Below are positions 8,632-20,503 of a DNA stretch of 64,000 nt, piece by piece (position 1 is the stretch's first letter; each line of letters starts with the position of its first letter). The position numbers and the translations under genes were made by a program. The notes beneath the pieces are model-generated. The model ran no database searches and was not told the DNA's origin. It saw nothing but the letters and a program-made list of their open reading frames with translations. Location: the NCBI GenBank assembly GCA_964012805.1, contig CAXGUD010000019.1, positions 1-64,000 of the forward strand, read 5' to 3'. Origin of the DNA: an uncultured Bacteriovoracaceae bacterium. GTDB taxonomy: Bacteria; Bdellovibrionota; Bacteriovoracia; Bacteriovoracales; Bacteriovoracaceae.

Positions 8632-9489
8632 ATGGCAAAAATTATTTCAATGGTTAATCAAAAAGGGGGTGTTGGAAAAACAACTTCTTCAATTAGTCTT
8701 GGAGCTTGCTTAGCAGTTGCTGAAAAAAAGACGCTACTCATAGACTTAGACCCTCAAGGGAATGCAAGTGTTGGAGTTGGTTTAGACAAAAATAAATTCT
8801 CTAACGGGAATATTTATCACGCAATAATAGGCAAGCTTCCTATTGAGGAAGCAATATATAAAACAGAGTTACCTTATTTCGATATTTGTCCTTCAGATAA
8901 TAACTTAATAGGCGCAGAGATAGAGCTAGTTAGTGAGTTCGCAAGAGAGTCAAAGCTCAAGATCGCTTTTGAAGAAATTAACGATAAGTACGACTATATT
9001 ATTATAGATTGTCCGCCATCACTAGGTCTATTGACGATAAATGCCCTAAATGCTTCGACCTCTTTTGTTGTGCCGCTTCAGACTGAGTACTTTGCTATGG
9101 AGGGGATGGCTCAATTGTTGAATACGGTAAAGCTAGTTAACAGCTCACTAAACCCGGGTTTAGAGCTTGATGGAATACTTCTAACAATGTTTGATTCACG
9201 GAATAATTTGCATAAGCAGGTGGCTGGAGAAATTAGAAAGCATTTTAATGATAAAGTGTTTAAGTCGGTTATTCCAAGAAATGTAAAACTATCGGAATGC
9301 CCTTCGTTTGGTAAACCCATCATACTCTATGATATAGAATCTAGGGGGAGTGAGGCGTACTTATCTCTTGCAAAAGAAATGATTTTAAAAACTAAAACTA
9401 GTACAAAAGAAAAAAAACCAGAGACTGGGAAAAGAAAAAAGTTTTCTAAAAAAATAAAAAGTGAAGCACCATCTGAATTAGTTAAATAG
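8632..9489 (+). CDS. parA: Chromosome partitioning ATPase ParA/Soj
   Basis: NQKGGVGKTT deviant Walker A, DLDPQGNAS, IIDCPPSLG, IPRNVKLSECPSFG. Confidence 0.97.
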   Translation: MAKIISMVNQKGGVGKTTSSISLGACLAVAEKKTLLIDLDPQGNASVGVGLDKNKFSNGNIYHAIIGKLPIEEAIYKTELPYFDICPSDNNLIGAEIELVSEFARESKLKIAFEEINDKYDYIIIDCPPSLGLLTINALNASTSFVVPLQTEYFAMEGMAQLLNTVKLVNSSLNPGLELDGILLTMFDSRNNLHKQVAGEIRKHFNDKVFKSVIPRNVKLSECPSFGKPIILYDIESRGSEAYLSLAKEMILKTKTSTKEKKPETGKRKKFSKKIKSEAPSELVK

Positions 9490-9498
9490 AGGTTGATA

Positions 9499-10428
9499 AT
9501 GGCAAAGAAAAAAAACTTGGCTTTGGGTAAAGGGGCAGCAGCACTGTTTGGTAATCTTCAGGGAAGTAACTTTGAAGAAAAAAAGGAAATTATACCCAAA
9601 GCAATAATTGAAAAGAAAAAAGAGTTGAAGGAAGATTCACCTTTTTTAATTGATGCAGATAAAATTCAGTTGAATCCTCATCAGCCTAGAAAAATTTTTA
9701 AAGAAAAAGAACTCCAAGAGCTTGCGGAGTCAATAAAAGAAAATGGTTTAATACAGCCATTAATTGTAAGCAAAAGTGACGATGGAGAAGGAGGGTTTAC
9801 TTTAATCGCTGGTGAAAGAAGGCTTAGGGCTTGTAAAAAATTAAAAATCAAGAAAATACCAGTAGTTATAAAGAGGGCAACTGAACGAGAAAAAATGGTA
9901 ATGGCCATAATTGAGAATGTTCAGAGATCCGATTTAAATTGTGTTGAAGAAGGATTAGCATATTACAAGTTAATGAATGAGTTTAATCTAACTCAAGAAG
10001 AAGTTGCTAGAAAGTTAGGAAAAGAAAGATCAACAATAGCGAACTTTTTAAGAATTTTAAAATTGCCTAGAGAAGTTATTTCAATGCTTCAGAAAGAGCT
10101 TCTTTCTTTCGGACATGCCAAGGTATTGGCTTCACAAAAAGATAGAGACAAGGTCGTTGTTTTGGCCAATATGGCAGTGACTGAACAGTGGTCTATTAGA
10201 GAATTAGAAAAAGCTTTAAAAAAACGAAGTCCCTCAGCTTCCGATAAGACTTCTCTAGAAAGAAATGCTGATTCATCCTGGCAACAAATAAAGGATAACT
10301 TGGAAAGAAGAACGGGGTTTCACTTTTCTATTAAAGGTAATGATAAGGGCGTTGGAAAAATTTTAATTAACTTCAATAATGAAGCAGAATTTAATGACAT
10401 TTATGAGTATCTTATAAAAAGCCGTTAG
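9499..10428 (+). CDS. parB: Chromosome partitioning protein ParB/Spo0J
   Basis: LGKG N-terminal peptide, NPHQPRK, AGERRLRA, IIENVQRSDLN, HTH TQEEVARKLGKERSTIAN. Confidence 0.97.
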   Translation: MAKKKNLALGKGAAALFGNLQGSNFEEKKEIIPKAIIEKKKELKEDSPFLIDADKIQLNPHQPRKIFKEKELQELAESIKENGLIQPLIVSKSDDGEGGFTLIAGERRLRACKKLKIKKIPVVIKRATEREKMVMAIIENVQRSDLNCVEEGLAYYKLMNEFNLTQEEVARKLGKERSTIANFLRILKLPREVISMLQKELLSFGHAKVLASQKDRDKVVVLANMAVTEQWSIRELEKALKKRSPSASDKTSLERNADSSWQQIKDNLERRTGFHFSIKGNDKGVGKILINFNNEAEFNDIYEYLIKSR

Positions 10429-10455
10429 ATAGTCGGTTTTAAGGGGTGTTGTTCA

Positions 10456-10812
10456 ATGATTGCAGGATTAAATGAAGGCGAAATTTCAGCGGTTATAGAA
10501 GAGGGTTGTAAGTTTGAAGGAAACCTATCTTTTAATGGTGTTGCTAGAATTGCTGGTGTTGTGAACGGAAGTGTTTTTTCTAACGATACGATTATTGTTT
10601 CTGAAGGTGCAATAATTAACGCAGATATTAACGCAAACATAATTCTTATTTCGGGTACTGTTAAAGGAAATATCAAAGCAAGCTCAAGGGTTGAAATAAT
10701 TAAGCCTGCTAGGTTTGAGGGAACAATTACTACTCCAAGCTTGGTTGTGGAGGAGGGCGTTATTTTTCACGGTACGACAAAAATGCGTGATAAAAATAAG
10801 CCAAACCAATAA
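10456..10812 (+). CDS. Bactofilin (polymer-forming cytoskeletal protein)
   Basis: Beta-helix pattern VIEEGCKFEGNLSF..ARIAGVVNG..GTVKGNIKA..LVVEEGVIFHG. Confidence 0.93.
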   Translation: MIAGLNEGEISAVIEEGCKFEGNLSFNGVARIAGVVNGSVFSNDTIIVSEGAIINADINANIILISGTVKGNIKASSRVEIIKPARFEGTITTPSLVVEEGVIFHGTTKMRDKNKPNQ

Positions 10813-11010
10813 TCGAACCAAAAACTTTTCGATAGCCACCTTTTGCTAGAGCCAATCAAGTGAAAATTGTTGACGGATTTCTTTTGAGAGACTATTCATA
10901 TAGTCCACGAGAAATGATCATAGGATTATATGAAGGCTCCCTTTATAAATTTTCGGAGGGGCGCGAAAAAAAAGAAGCATTTCTTTTTAATCTCATTGGA
11001 GATATGAAAT

Positions 11011-11457
11011 ATGAGTATTATAGACGGTCTATTTGAGTCATTAGAAATAAACTTAAAAATAGTGGGAACTCAGTTCGTAATAATAGTGGTTCTCTACTTC
11101 GTTCTAGATTTTTTATTCTTTAAAAAATTACTCTTTGTTTTGGTTCATAGGGAAAGTAAAACAACTAAACTAGAAGAAGAAGCGAATAAAAAACTTGTAG
11201 AGGCAGAAAGCCTATCCAGTGAATATAACAAAAAGTTGCAGGATTTGGCTGCCGAAGTTTACAAAACGGTACAAGGTCAAAAACAGGAAATTGACGATAA
11301 AGAAAAAGAAAATTTAAAGAAAGCTGAAGATCAAATAAATCTTGAAGTGGATAAGCAAAGAAAAATAATTCGAGAAGAAGTTGATATGAAAAGAGAAGGC
11401 GTCTTTCAAAATAAGGAGTCTCTTTCAACAACTTTGGTTGATAAGCTTATAAATTGA
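11011..11457 (+). CDS. ATP synthase F0 subunit b'
   Basis: N-terminal TM (QFVIIVVLYFVLDFLFFK) plus charged coiled coil; first gene of atp run. Confidence 0.85.
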   Translation: MSIIDGLFESLEINLKIVGTQFVIIVVLYFVLDFLFFKKLLFVLVHRESKTTKLEEEANKKLVEAESLSSEYNKKLQDLAAEVYKTVQGQKQEIDDKEKENLKKAEDQINLEVDKQRKIIREEVDMKREGVFQNKESLSTTLVDKLIN

Positions 11458-11472
11458 ATAAAGGAACCTAAG

Positions 11473-12012
11473 ATGAAGATGTTTCAATGGATAATAAAAG
11501 CTTCTTTTCTTCTGACTACGAGCTCTCTGTACGCTGCAGGTAGTGGCGAGACACACTTATCTGATCTGATGTGGCCAGCTATTAATTTTTTGATTTTGGC
11601 AGGTTTTTTAGTTTTTAAATTAAAGAAACCAGTCAAGGAAATGTTTGATAAAAATGCACTTTTGGTTAAAGAAACATATGATTTCGCTGAGGGGAAAAAT
11701 AAAGAAGCTGAAATAAAGCTAAAAATGTACAGAGAAAAGCTACAAAACTTTAATGCGGAAGAGAGAAAAGCTAAGAGTGACGGTGAAAAAGAGGTGAAGA
11801 CCTTTATGGAAAGAAGAACTAAGGAAACGGAAGGGTTATTGAAGAGATTAGAAAGAGACGCCGCTAATAAAATAAAACATGAAAAGAGAATATTAATAGA
11901 TGAGTTAAATCATGCGTTCCTAGACGCTGTAATTAATCAAGCGAGATCGACAATTAGTAATAACGAAGATTCTCAAAAAAAAGCTACTAAAAACTTGTTA
12001 TCTGAAATTTAA
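11473..12012 (+). CDS. atpF: ATP synthase F0 subunit b
   Basis: Leader plus TM WPAINFLILAGFLV..KKPV, coiled coil; synteny. Confidence 0.88.
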   Translation: MKMFQWIIKASFLLTTSSLYAAGSGETHLSDLMWPAINFLILAGFLVFKLKKPVKEMFDKNALLVKETYDFAEGKNKEAEIKLKMYREKLQNFNAEERKAKSDGEKEVKTFMERRTKETEGLLKRLERDAANKIKHEKRILIDELNHAFLDAVINQARSTISNNEDSQKKATKNLLSEI

Positions 12013-12026
12013 AATTAAGGTAGAAA

Positions 12027-12566
12027 ATGAAGCCACAAATAATTGCTAAAGTATATGCAAAATCAATTATGGAGTTAGCGGGTGAAAATATAGATGCCGC
12101 AAAAGAGCTAACTGATTTTAACCTTTTAATTAATGAATGCAATGATTTGGAGAATGTCCTTTTTTCGGAAGTTTTTACAATGGATGAAAAGAAGGACGTT
12201 TTGTCCTTAATACTGCAAAAGTTAAAATTATCTGACTTAACTAACAAGTTTTTAACTTTTCTATTTAATGAAAAACGCTTCAACTTATTTCCAATTATTT
12301 ATAAAGAAATTATCGTTTTAGATGATGATAGAAAAGGATTTTTAAGAGGGGTGATAGAAGGTGCAGAAGACTCTATAGACCCATCGGTATTAAAGAAAAT
12401 TAAGACATATTTAAAGAGCAAGTTAGAAAAAGAAACAGAGTTGGAATATAAGAAAAACGAAAATTTATCAGCGGGTTATAGAATGACTGTAGATGACCTG
12501 CAGCTAGATGCTTCTTTAGAAAATCAACTAGAAAATTTTAAAAATTCTGTTTTGGCTTTTGAATAG
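12027..12566 (+). CDS. atpH: ATP synthase F1 subunit delta
   Basis: IAKVYAKS N-terminus, LDASLENQL C-terminus; precedes atpA. Confidence 0.92.
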   Translation: MKPQIIAKVYAKSIMELAGENIDAAKELTDFNLLINECNDLENVLFSEVFTMDEKKDVLSLILQKLKLSDLTNKFLTFLFNEKRFNLFPIIYKEIIVLDDDRKGFLRGVIEGAEDSIDPSVLKKIKTYLKSKLEKETELEYKKNENLSAGYRMTVDDLQLDASLENQLENFKNSVLAFE

Positions 12567-12611
12567 GTTAACCAATTAATAAATTGAAAAATATAAATAG
12601 AGGGTAAAAGA

Positions 12612-14123
12612 ATGACTATTAAACCGGAAGAAATTACAAATATAATCAAAGAAAGAATTTCTAACTTTGAAACCCGTCTTCAAGTTGATGAAGTAGGAAC
12701 AGTTTTGACTGTCGGTGATGGTGTAGCCAGGGTTTTTGGTTTAAAAAATGCAATGGCTGGTGAGCTTGTTGAGTTTGAGAGTGGGGTTAAAGGAATGGTC
12801 CTCAACCTTGAAACAAACAATGTTGGTGTTGCAATTCTTGGTTCAGAATTAGAAGTTAAAGAAGGAACTACCGTTAAAAGAACCGAAAAAATTGTTTCGG
12901 TCCCTGTCGGTGATAGTCTTCTTGGAAGAACGGTAAACTCAATCGGTGAACCGATTGATGGGAACGGTGATATAAAATCAGACGATATCAGGGAAATTGA
13001 AGTTAAGGCTCCAGGTATTATTGCAAGACAGTCTGTTCACGAGCCACTTCAAACAGGAATAAAAGCAATTGATTCTATGATACCAATCGGTCGTGGACAA
13101 AGAGAATTGATTATCGGTGATAGAAAAACAGGAAAGACAGCTATTGCAATTGACACAATAATCAATCAAAAAGGGAAAGATGTTGTTTGTATTTATGTTG
13201 GTATTGGTCAAAAGCAATCTACAATAAGACAAATTCAAAAGAGATTAATGGAAGCTGGAGCTATGGACTATACAATAATAGTTTCTGCAACGGCTGCTTC
13301 TCCAGCTCCACTTCAGTTTTTAGCTCCATATACTGGTTGTACAATGGGTGAATACTACAGAGATAGTGGTAAGCATGCATTAATCATTTATGATGATTTA
13401 ACAAAGCAAGCGCAGGCTTATAGACAAATGTCACTCCTTTTGAGACGTCCACCGGGTAGAGAGGCTTTCCCTGGAGATGTTTTCTATCTTCACTCAAGAT
13501 TGTTAGAAAGGGCTGCTAAATTGTCTGAAGCTGCAGGTTCAGGTTCTTTAACTGCTCTGCCGGTAATTGAAACGCAGGAGGGAGATGTTTCTGCCTATAT
13601 TCCTACAAACGTTATCTCTATAACCGACGGTCAAATTTACCTTGAGTCTGATCTTTTTAACTCAGGGATAAGGCCAGCTGTTAACGTTGGTTTATCGGTA
13701 TCAAGGGTTGGGGGCTCAGCTCAAATTAAGGCTATGAAAAAGGTATCCGGTACTTTAAGGCTGGACTTGGCTCAGTATAGAGAATTACAAGCGTTTGCAG
13801 CTTTTGGATCTGACCTGGATGAAGCTACTCAAAACCAGCTTTCTAGAGGATCGCGGTTAGTTGAGTTGCTAAAGCAGGGGCAATATAGCCCAATGGATGT
13901 TACTGAACAAATCATCGGAATTTATGCTGGTACAAAGGGTTATTTTGATAAAGTACCTGTAAGCCAAATTAGAACAGCTGAAAAAGATCTAACTGAGTAT
14001 ATAAACTCAAAACATTCGGATCTTAAAGAAAGATTAGTAAAAGAAAAAGCATTAAAGCCTGATATTGAGAAGGACTTGAAGGAAGTGATAACTAAATTTT
14101 TGACTGAGAAAAAATATAGTTAA
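12612..14123 (+). CDS. atpA: ATP synthase F1 subunit alpha
   Basis: [41 protein letters not shown]. Confidence 0.99.
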   Translation: MTIKPEEITNIIKERISNFETRLQVDEVGTVLTVGDGVARVFGLKNAMAGELVEFESGVKGMVLNLETNNVGVAILGSELEVKEGTTVKRTEKIVSVPVGDSLLGRTVNSIGEPIDGNGDIKSDDIREIEVKAPGIIARQSVHEPLQTGIKAIDSMIPIGRGQRELIIGDRKTGKTAIAIDTIINQKGKDVVCIYVGIGQKQSTIRQIQKRLMEAGAMDYTIIVSATAASPAPLQFLAPYTGCTMGEYYRDSGKHALIIYDDLTKQAQAYRQMSLLLRRPPGREAFPGDVFYLHSRLLERAAKLSEAAGSGSLTALPVIETQEGDVSAYIPTNVISITDGQIYLESDLFNSGIRPAVNVGLSVSRVGGSAQIKAMKKVSGTLRLDLAQYRELQAFAAFGSDLDEATQNQLSRGSRLVELLKQGQYSPMDVTEQIIGIYAGTKGYFDKVPVSQIRTAEKDLTEYINSKHSDLKERLVKEKALKPDIEKDLKEVITKFLTEKKYS

Positions 14124-14163
14124 TGATCAGATTTAGTTTTAACTAAGTTACTTAGGATCCTTT

Positions 14164-16460
<2,297 letters not shown>

Positions 16461-16501
16461 GTTTGAGCTTTTGTTATTAATTTAAATGACTGGATTCAAA
16501 A

Positions 16502-16912
16502 ATGAGCCATTTTAAAGTAGATATTTTAACGCCATCCAGTGTTGTTGCAAAAGGCTTGGATGCAAGTTCTGTATTAGTCCCAACGGAGAGAGGTGAAATA
16601 AATCTTTTGCCTCAACATACTCATTTAATGGCTAAGCTAGATACCGGAGCTTTACGGTTGGAGGACAATGGTGGAAAAGGGAAGTTGTTTTTTATAACCA
16701 AGGGTGTATGTAAGGTTTTGAAGGATAAAATAACTATTCTTACAGCAGCTGGAGAAGAAGACTGCGATATAAACTTCTCGAGAGCACAAAAGTCTCTTGA
16801 AGAAAGCAAGCTTAAGCTTGAGTCAACTGAAGTTTTTCAGGACGGCGAAAGAGAAGAGCTTGAGGAAAAAAATCGGAGAGCTAGAACTCGATTAGAAATA
16901 ATTAAAAAATAA
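16502..16912 (+). CDS. atpC: ATP synthase F1 subunit epsilon
   Basis: VDILTP..GEINLLPQH..; C-terminal RARTRL; follows atpD. Confidence 0.95.
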   Translation: MSHFKVDILTPSSVVAKGLDASSVLVPTERGEINLLPQHTHLMAKLDTGALRLEDNGGKGKLFFITKGVCKVLKDKITILTAAGEEDCDINFSRAQKSLEESKLKLESTEVFQDGEREELEEKNRRARTRLEIIKK

Positions 16913-16919
16913 CGATTTC

Positions 16920-16955
16920 TAAGCAGGCTTTAATTTCCAAGGCCTGCTTACTTTT
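16920..16955 (+). terminator. Intrinsic terminator of the atp operon
   Basis: TAAGCAGGC...GCCTGCTTA inverted repeat followed by CTTTT. Confidence 0.75.
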
Positions 16956-17013
16956 GTCCCTTTTTATTTCATTGGTACTTGAAATTACAACAAATTAAGC
17001 GAAAATTAAATTC

Positions 17014-18858
17014 ATGTGGATCAATATAGTTTTAAAAAAACTAATTATCGCTTTTACCTCTTTATTAATCTTTTCCTTAAAAGGTTATGGCTCTGTCTCT
17101 TTATATAGCAGTCAGTTTGAACCCTTGAAAGAGTTGCTGACTAACATTAATAAAGCAGAAGAAAATCTGTTTTTTCACTTCAATAAATTTAAAAAGGAAA
17201 ACATACAACCTCTTGATTTAGATTTTCAAGATGAAGCTTATTTTGTTAGTAAAGAAATCAATGAATTGGAGTCTTACTTAGATGAGCAATTAGAAAATGA
17301 AAACGCAGTTTTTCATTTAAATAAAATAAATCCAATTGACGACAAAAGTTTGGAAAATTTTGTAAATGATGAAGACGAGGAGATTAATAAAATTCTAAAC
17401 ACAGAAGCTAAAAACAATAAAGCAATCGATCAAGATGAGTTAATGTTTTATGATTTTTCAAAGGAAAAAAAAACCGATTTTAAAAAATATAAAGATAAAA
17501 AGAAAATCAGGAAAAAAGACTTTTCGTCTGCCTCAGATGAAAAAATATCTAATGTCGTTAAAATGGCCATAAAGAGAGAGCTAAGTGAACCAATACGTAA
17601 GGATAGGGTTACTTTAAGAGCATCAAAGAATATAAAAAAACTTATAGCAGATAACAAAATTTTTACTAGAAAAAAGATTTTAAAAAGTTTAGATGAAAGA
17701 TTTCCTGAATCTTATTTTGATTTAAATTTTTATAGATTAGAGATAGGTAAAGGTAAAAATGAAAAATTATTTAATTTAGAGTTTAGACCTCATTATAATA
17801 AGTCAAAAAGAGTTTCTGATTTGGGAACTGGAAAGTTAGAGTTTAGGGAATATCCATTTAATAAGTTCTCTAGGCTGGCTGGTTCTATCTTTCATCATGG
17901 TTCAATGATTACTAGGATATCTTTGCCAATAAGCGAAGGTATTAAAAAACAAAAAATACCACTAATTGATATTTCAAGTTTTGAAAATTATTTAAGCAAA
18001 CATAATTTAAAAGGAGTAGGTGGATCGATCTTGATTGACTTCAAAGATGAAGACCCCATAAGAATTTTAATTGATTCTTCTTTTGAAAAGAAAATATACT
18101 TAGATGAAGATTTCAAAATTTCAGAATATTTTGGGAATCATCGATATACTTTATTCATTGGAGTTAATCCAGGTAATATTCTTTTGACTTTTATGAAATC
18201 AAAAGACAAATATTCTGAAAAAATTATTTTTGTAGAGAGATCTGAAGTTACATACGAATATCCTGAAATTAAAGTAGGTTCAATTAGAAAGGTAAGTTTG
18301 TTAAAAAAGAATATTATGGGAAATAGGAAATCTGCTTTTTCCATAGATGAAGATAAAGTAAAGCTTTTTAACCAGCCTAAGATATCGGTTAGGAAAATAG
18401 GTTTAAATCTATATGAATTTAAGACAAAGTTAACAGAAGTTGGAAAAAGAGAGTATTTAAGGCTAGATAACTTCGAAAAAAGCCTTTATTTAGGGTTTGG
18501 GAATGAAAAAAAATTAACAGTGCCAAGTAAAGGTTTTATGGATATGGTTTTAGACTCTTTTAATTTAGAGAATTTAGATAAAAGATGCATGATACAGGTT
18601 AATTTGAAAAATGCTCCATCTGAGGTTTTTATAGATGGTGATAGCTCATTAGGTCCTATAGATTTAGAAACTAGGTTCTTGGATAAGGAAGGAGTTTTTG
18701 AATCAGAGGTTGAAAACTTAAATGAACTTACAGATCAAATTTTTATCTTAGGAGACCACCAAGGTACAATTAATATAAGAATCAATTATATAAATGGACA
18801 AACAGATACTTTACAAACAATATGTTCGGCAGATGACTATTTAATAGAACAATTATAA
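17014..18858 (+). CDS. Hypothetical exported protein (614 aa)
   Basis: Long ORF with signal-peptide-like N-terminus, charged region, beta-rich C-terminal half; no family recognised. Confidence 0.75.
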   Translation: MWINIVLKKLIIAFTSLLIFSLKGYGSVSLYSSQFEPLKELLTNINKAEENLFFHFNKFKKENIQPLDLDFQDEAYFVSKEINELESYLDEQLENENAVFHLNKINPIDDKSLENFVNDEDEEINKILNTEAKNNKAIDQDELMFYDFSKEKKTDFKKYKDKKKIRKKDFSSASDEKISNVVKMAIKRELSEPIRKDRVTLRASKNIKKLIADNKIFTRKKILKSLDERFPESYFDLNFYRLEIGKGKNEKLFNLEFRPHYNKSKRVSDLGTGKLEFREYPFNKFSRLAGSIFHHGSMITRISLPISEGIKKQKIPLIDISSFENYLSKHNLKGVGGSILIDFKDEDPIRILIDSSFEKKIYLDEDFKISEYFGNHRYTLFIGVNPGNILLTFMKSKDKYSEKIIFVERSEVTYEYPEIKVGSIRKVSLLKKNIMGNRKSAFSIDEDKVKLFNQPKISVRKIGLNLYEFKTKLTEVGKREYLRLDNFEKSLYLGFGNEKKLTVPSKGFMDMVLDSFNLENLDKRCMIQVNLKNAPSEVFIDGDSSLGPIDLETRFLDKEGVFESEVENLNELTDQIFILGDHQGTINIRINYINGQTDTLQTICSADDYLIEQL

Positions 18859-20040
18859 TTAACTTTCATATTCATGGTTTTTAAAGATATCAATTGTTCT
18901 TTTATATCCTAAGGAAATAAGTTCAGACATTTTATCAGGATCTAATGAAAAAGGGTTTTTAAAAAACATCTTAAAGCTATCACTTTTAGGATAAATATCA
19001 ATAAAGTGAATTCTTGGGTTAAAATCTAATTTTCTTTCTAGGATATTACATATTTTTTTTCTGTGATGATTTGAAAAATTATTATTTCTCATGTAATCGC
19101 TTACTGTATTTATAATATCGCTTGCGGTACTTCGATTGGCCCTCGATGATATTATTTTCTTTTGGATAGCTAAATGAATAGTTTGCAATAGGATTGTTGG
19201 AATTCCATAATTGACTAAAGATCCAATTTCATCATGATAATGGTAAGGAGTATGTGTCCAAGAGCTAATTATAAATTCACATGAATTATCTACTGCCACA
19301 TGATTAGAAAGAGTTTCTCTAATTTCTCCATCAATATAATAGTCAACTTTATTTGTTTCCTCGTTTTTAATGGGGAAAGGTTTATAAATGGGAGGAACAC
19401 TCATGCTTGCTGCAACTGAATCGGCAACAGGGGTATTTGTATAATAAACTGAAGTTGAATCGTGAGATGGATTGGGATAATTATATTTATTAAAAATTAC
19501 TTTTCTTGAATGATCTAATTGTGTTGCTACAATAAAAAGATCAGCTTTATAATCTTCAAATTTATCCGAAATTAAAACATTTTCTTTGATGTAATTATAA
19601 AGCCCATATGTACTAAAAAAACCATCTATTTTTTCAATTGGACTAATTAGAGCTCTTACAATTGGAGGGAAGTTATCAAATTGATTAAAGAACATTGGTT
19701 TTTTAGGTTTTTTGGAAATAGATTTTAAAGAAAGCATGTCAGTATATGTTATTGGCTTAATAACTGATTTATTTGATTTCTCTAAATAGGCTTCTATTAC
19801 TTCCATTGGTTTATATCCACAAGCAAAGTATAGATTTACAAGAGCTCCTACACTAGACCCAACATATGTTGATATTTCTAAGTTAGAGTCATTAGGAGAT
19901 AGGTTGCATTTAAATGTAAAACCTAGTTCTTCCAAAGCTAGGGCTACACCCATATGCCAAGCAGCAGCTTTGACGACACCCCCGCTTAAAACTAAACCGA
20001 CCTTTTTATTTTTAAAATTTGAAATATCTACTCTTTGCAT
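18859..20040 (-). CDS. Patatin-like phospholipase
   Basis: LVLSGGVVKAAAWHMG oxyanion region, GSSVG nucleophile, YIDGE. Confidence 0.9.
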   Translation of the reverse strand: MQRVDISNFKNKKVGLVLSGGVVKAAAWHMGVALALEELGFTFKCNLSPNDSNLEISTYVGSSVGALVNLYFACGYKPMEVIEAYLEKSNKSVIKPITYTDMLSLKSISKKPKKPMFFNQFDNFPPIVRALISPIEKIDGFFSTYGLYNYIKENVLISDKFEDYKADLFIVATQLDHSRKVIFNKYNYPNPSHDSTSVYYTNTPVADSVAASMSVPPIYKPFPIKNEETNKVDYYIDGEIRETLSNHVAVDNSCEFIISSWTHTPYHYHDEIGSLVNYGIPTILLQTIHLAIQKKIISSRANRSTASDIINTVSDYMRNNNFSNHHRKKICNILERKLDFNPRIHFIDIYPKSDSFKMFFKNPFSLDPDKMSELISLGYKRTIDIFKNHEYES

Positions 20041-20168
20041 TTAAAGATTATAATAAAATATTGAACCAATTTTAAGGTCGAATATATTGTCTATTATATG
20101 GCTTTGCTAATATCTAACTTTTTTTGTGAAGACTATTAGGTTAAAATAGAAATGTATTATCATTTAAC

Positions 20169-20495
20169 ATGAATGGAGATGTTTTGAATAAAGGAGCTTG
20201 GTTATCAATTATTGAATATGCTGATTTTAGAAATATATCAATTGCTGGTGCTAGAAGCTTTATTAAAACAGGAAAAGTAAAGTCTGAGTTACATGAGGGG
20301 AAATACTATATTTTAGTAAATGAGGAAGATTTTAAAATTTACTCAAGAGAAAGAGAAAAAAAATATATGGCAATTAAACTGGAACTTGATAATTTAAGAA
20401 AAGAGGTAACAGAGTTAAATGTTAAAAATAAAGAACTGCAAAATATAATCCATCATTTTAAAGTAAATAAAGACGATATGACTTTAACAGTTTAA
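20169..20495 (+). CDS. Small protein with putative N-terminal HTH and C-terminal coiled coil
   Basis: WLSIIEYA..NISIAGARSFIKTGKVKS resembles excisionase/MerR-type HTH; heptad LELDNLRKEVTELNVKNKELQ. Confidence 0.55.
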   Translation: MNGDVLNKGAWLSIIEYADFRNISIAGARSFIKTGKVKSELHEGKYYILVNEEDFKIYSREREKKYMAIKLELDNLRKEVTELNVKNKELQNIIHHFKVNKDDMTLTV

Positions 20496-20503
20496 TAATT
20501 TCT

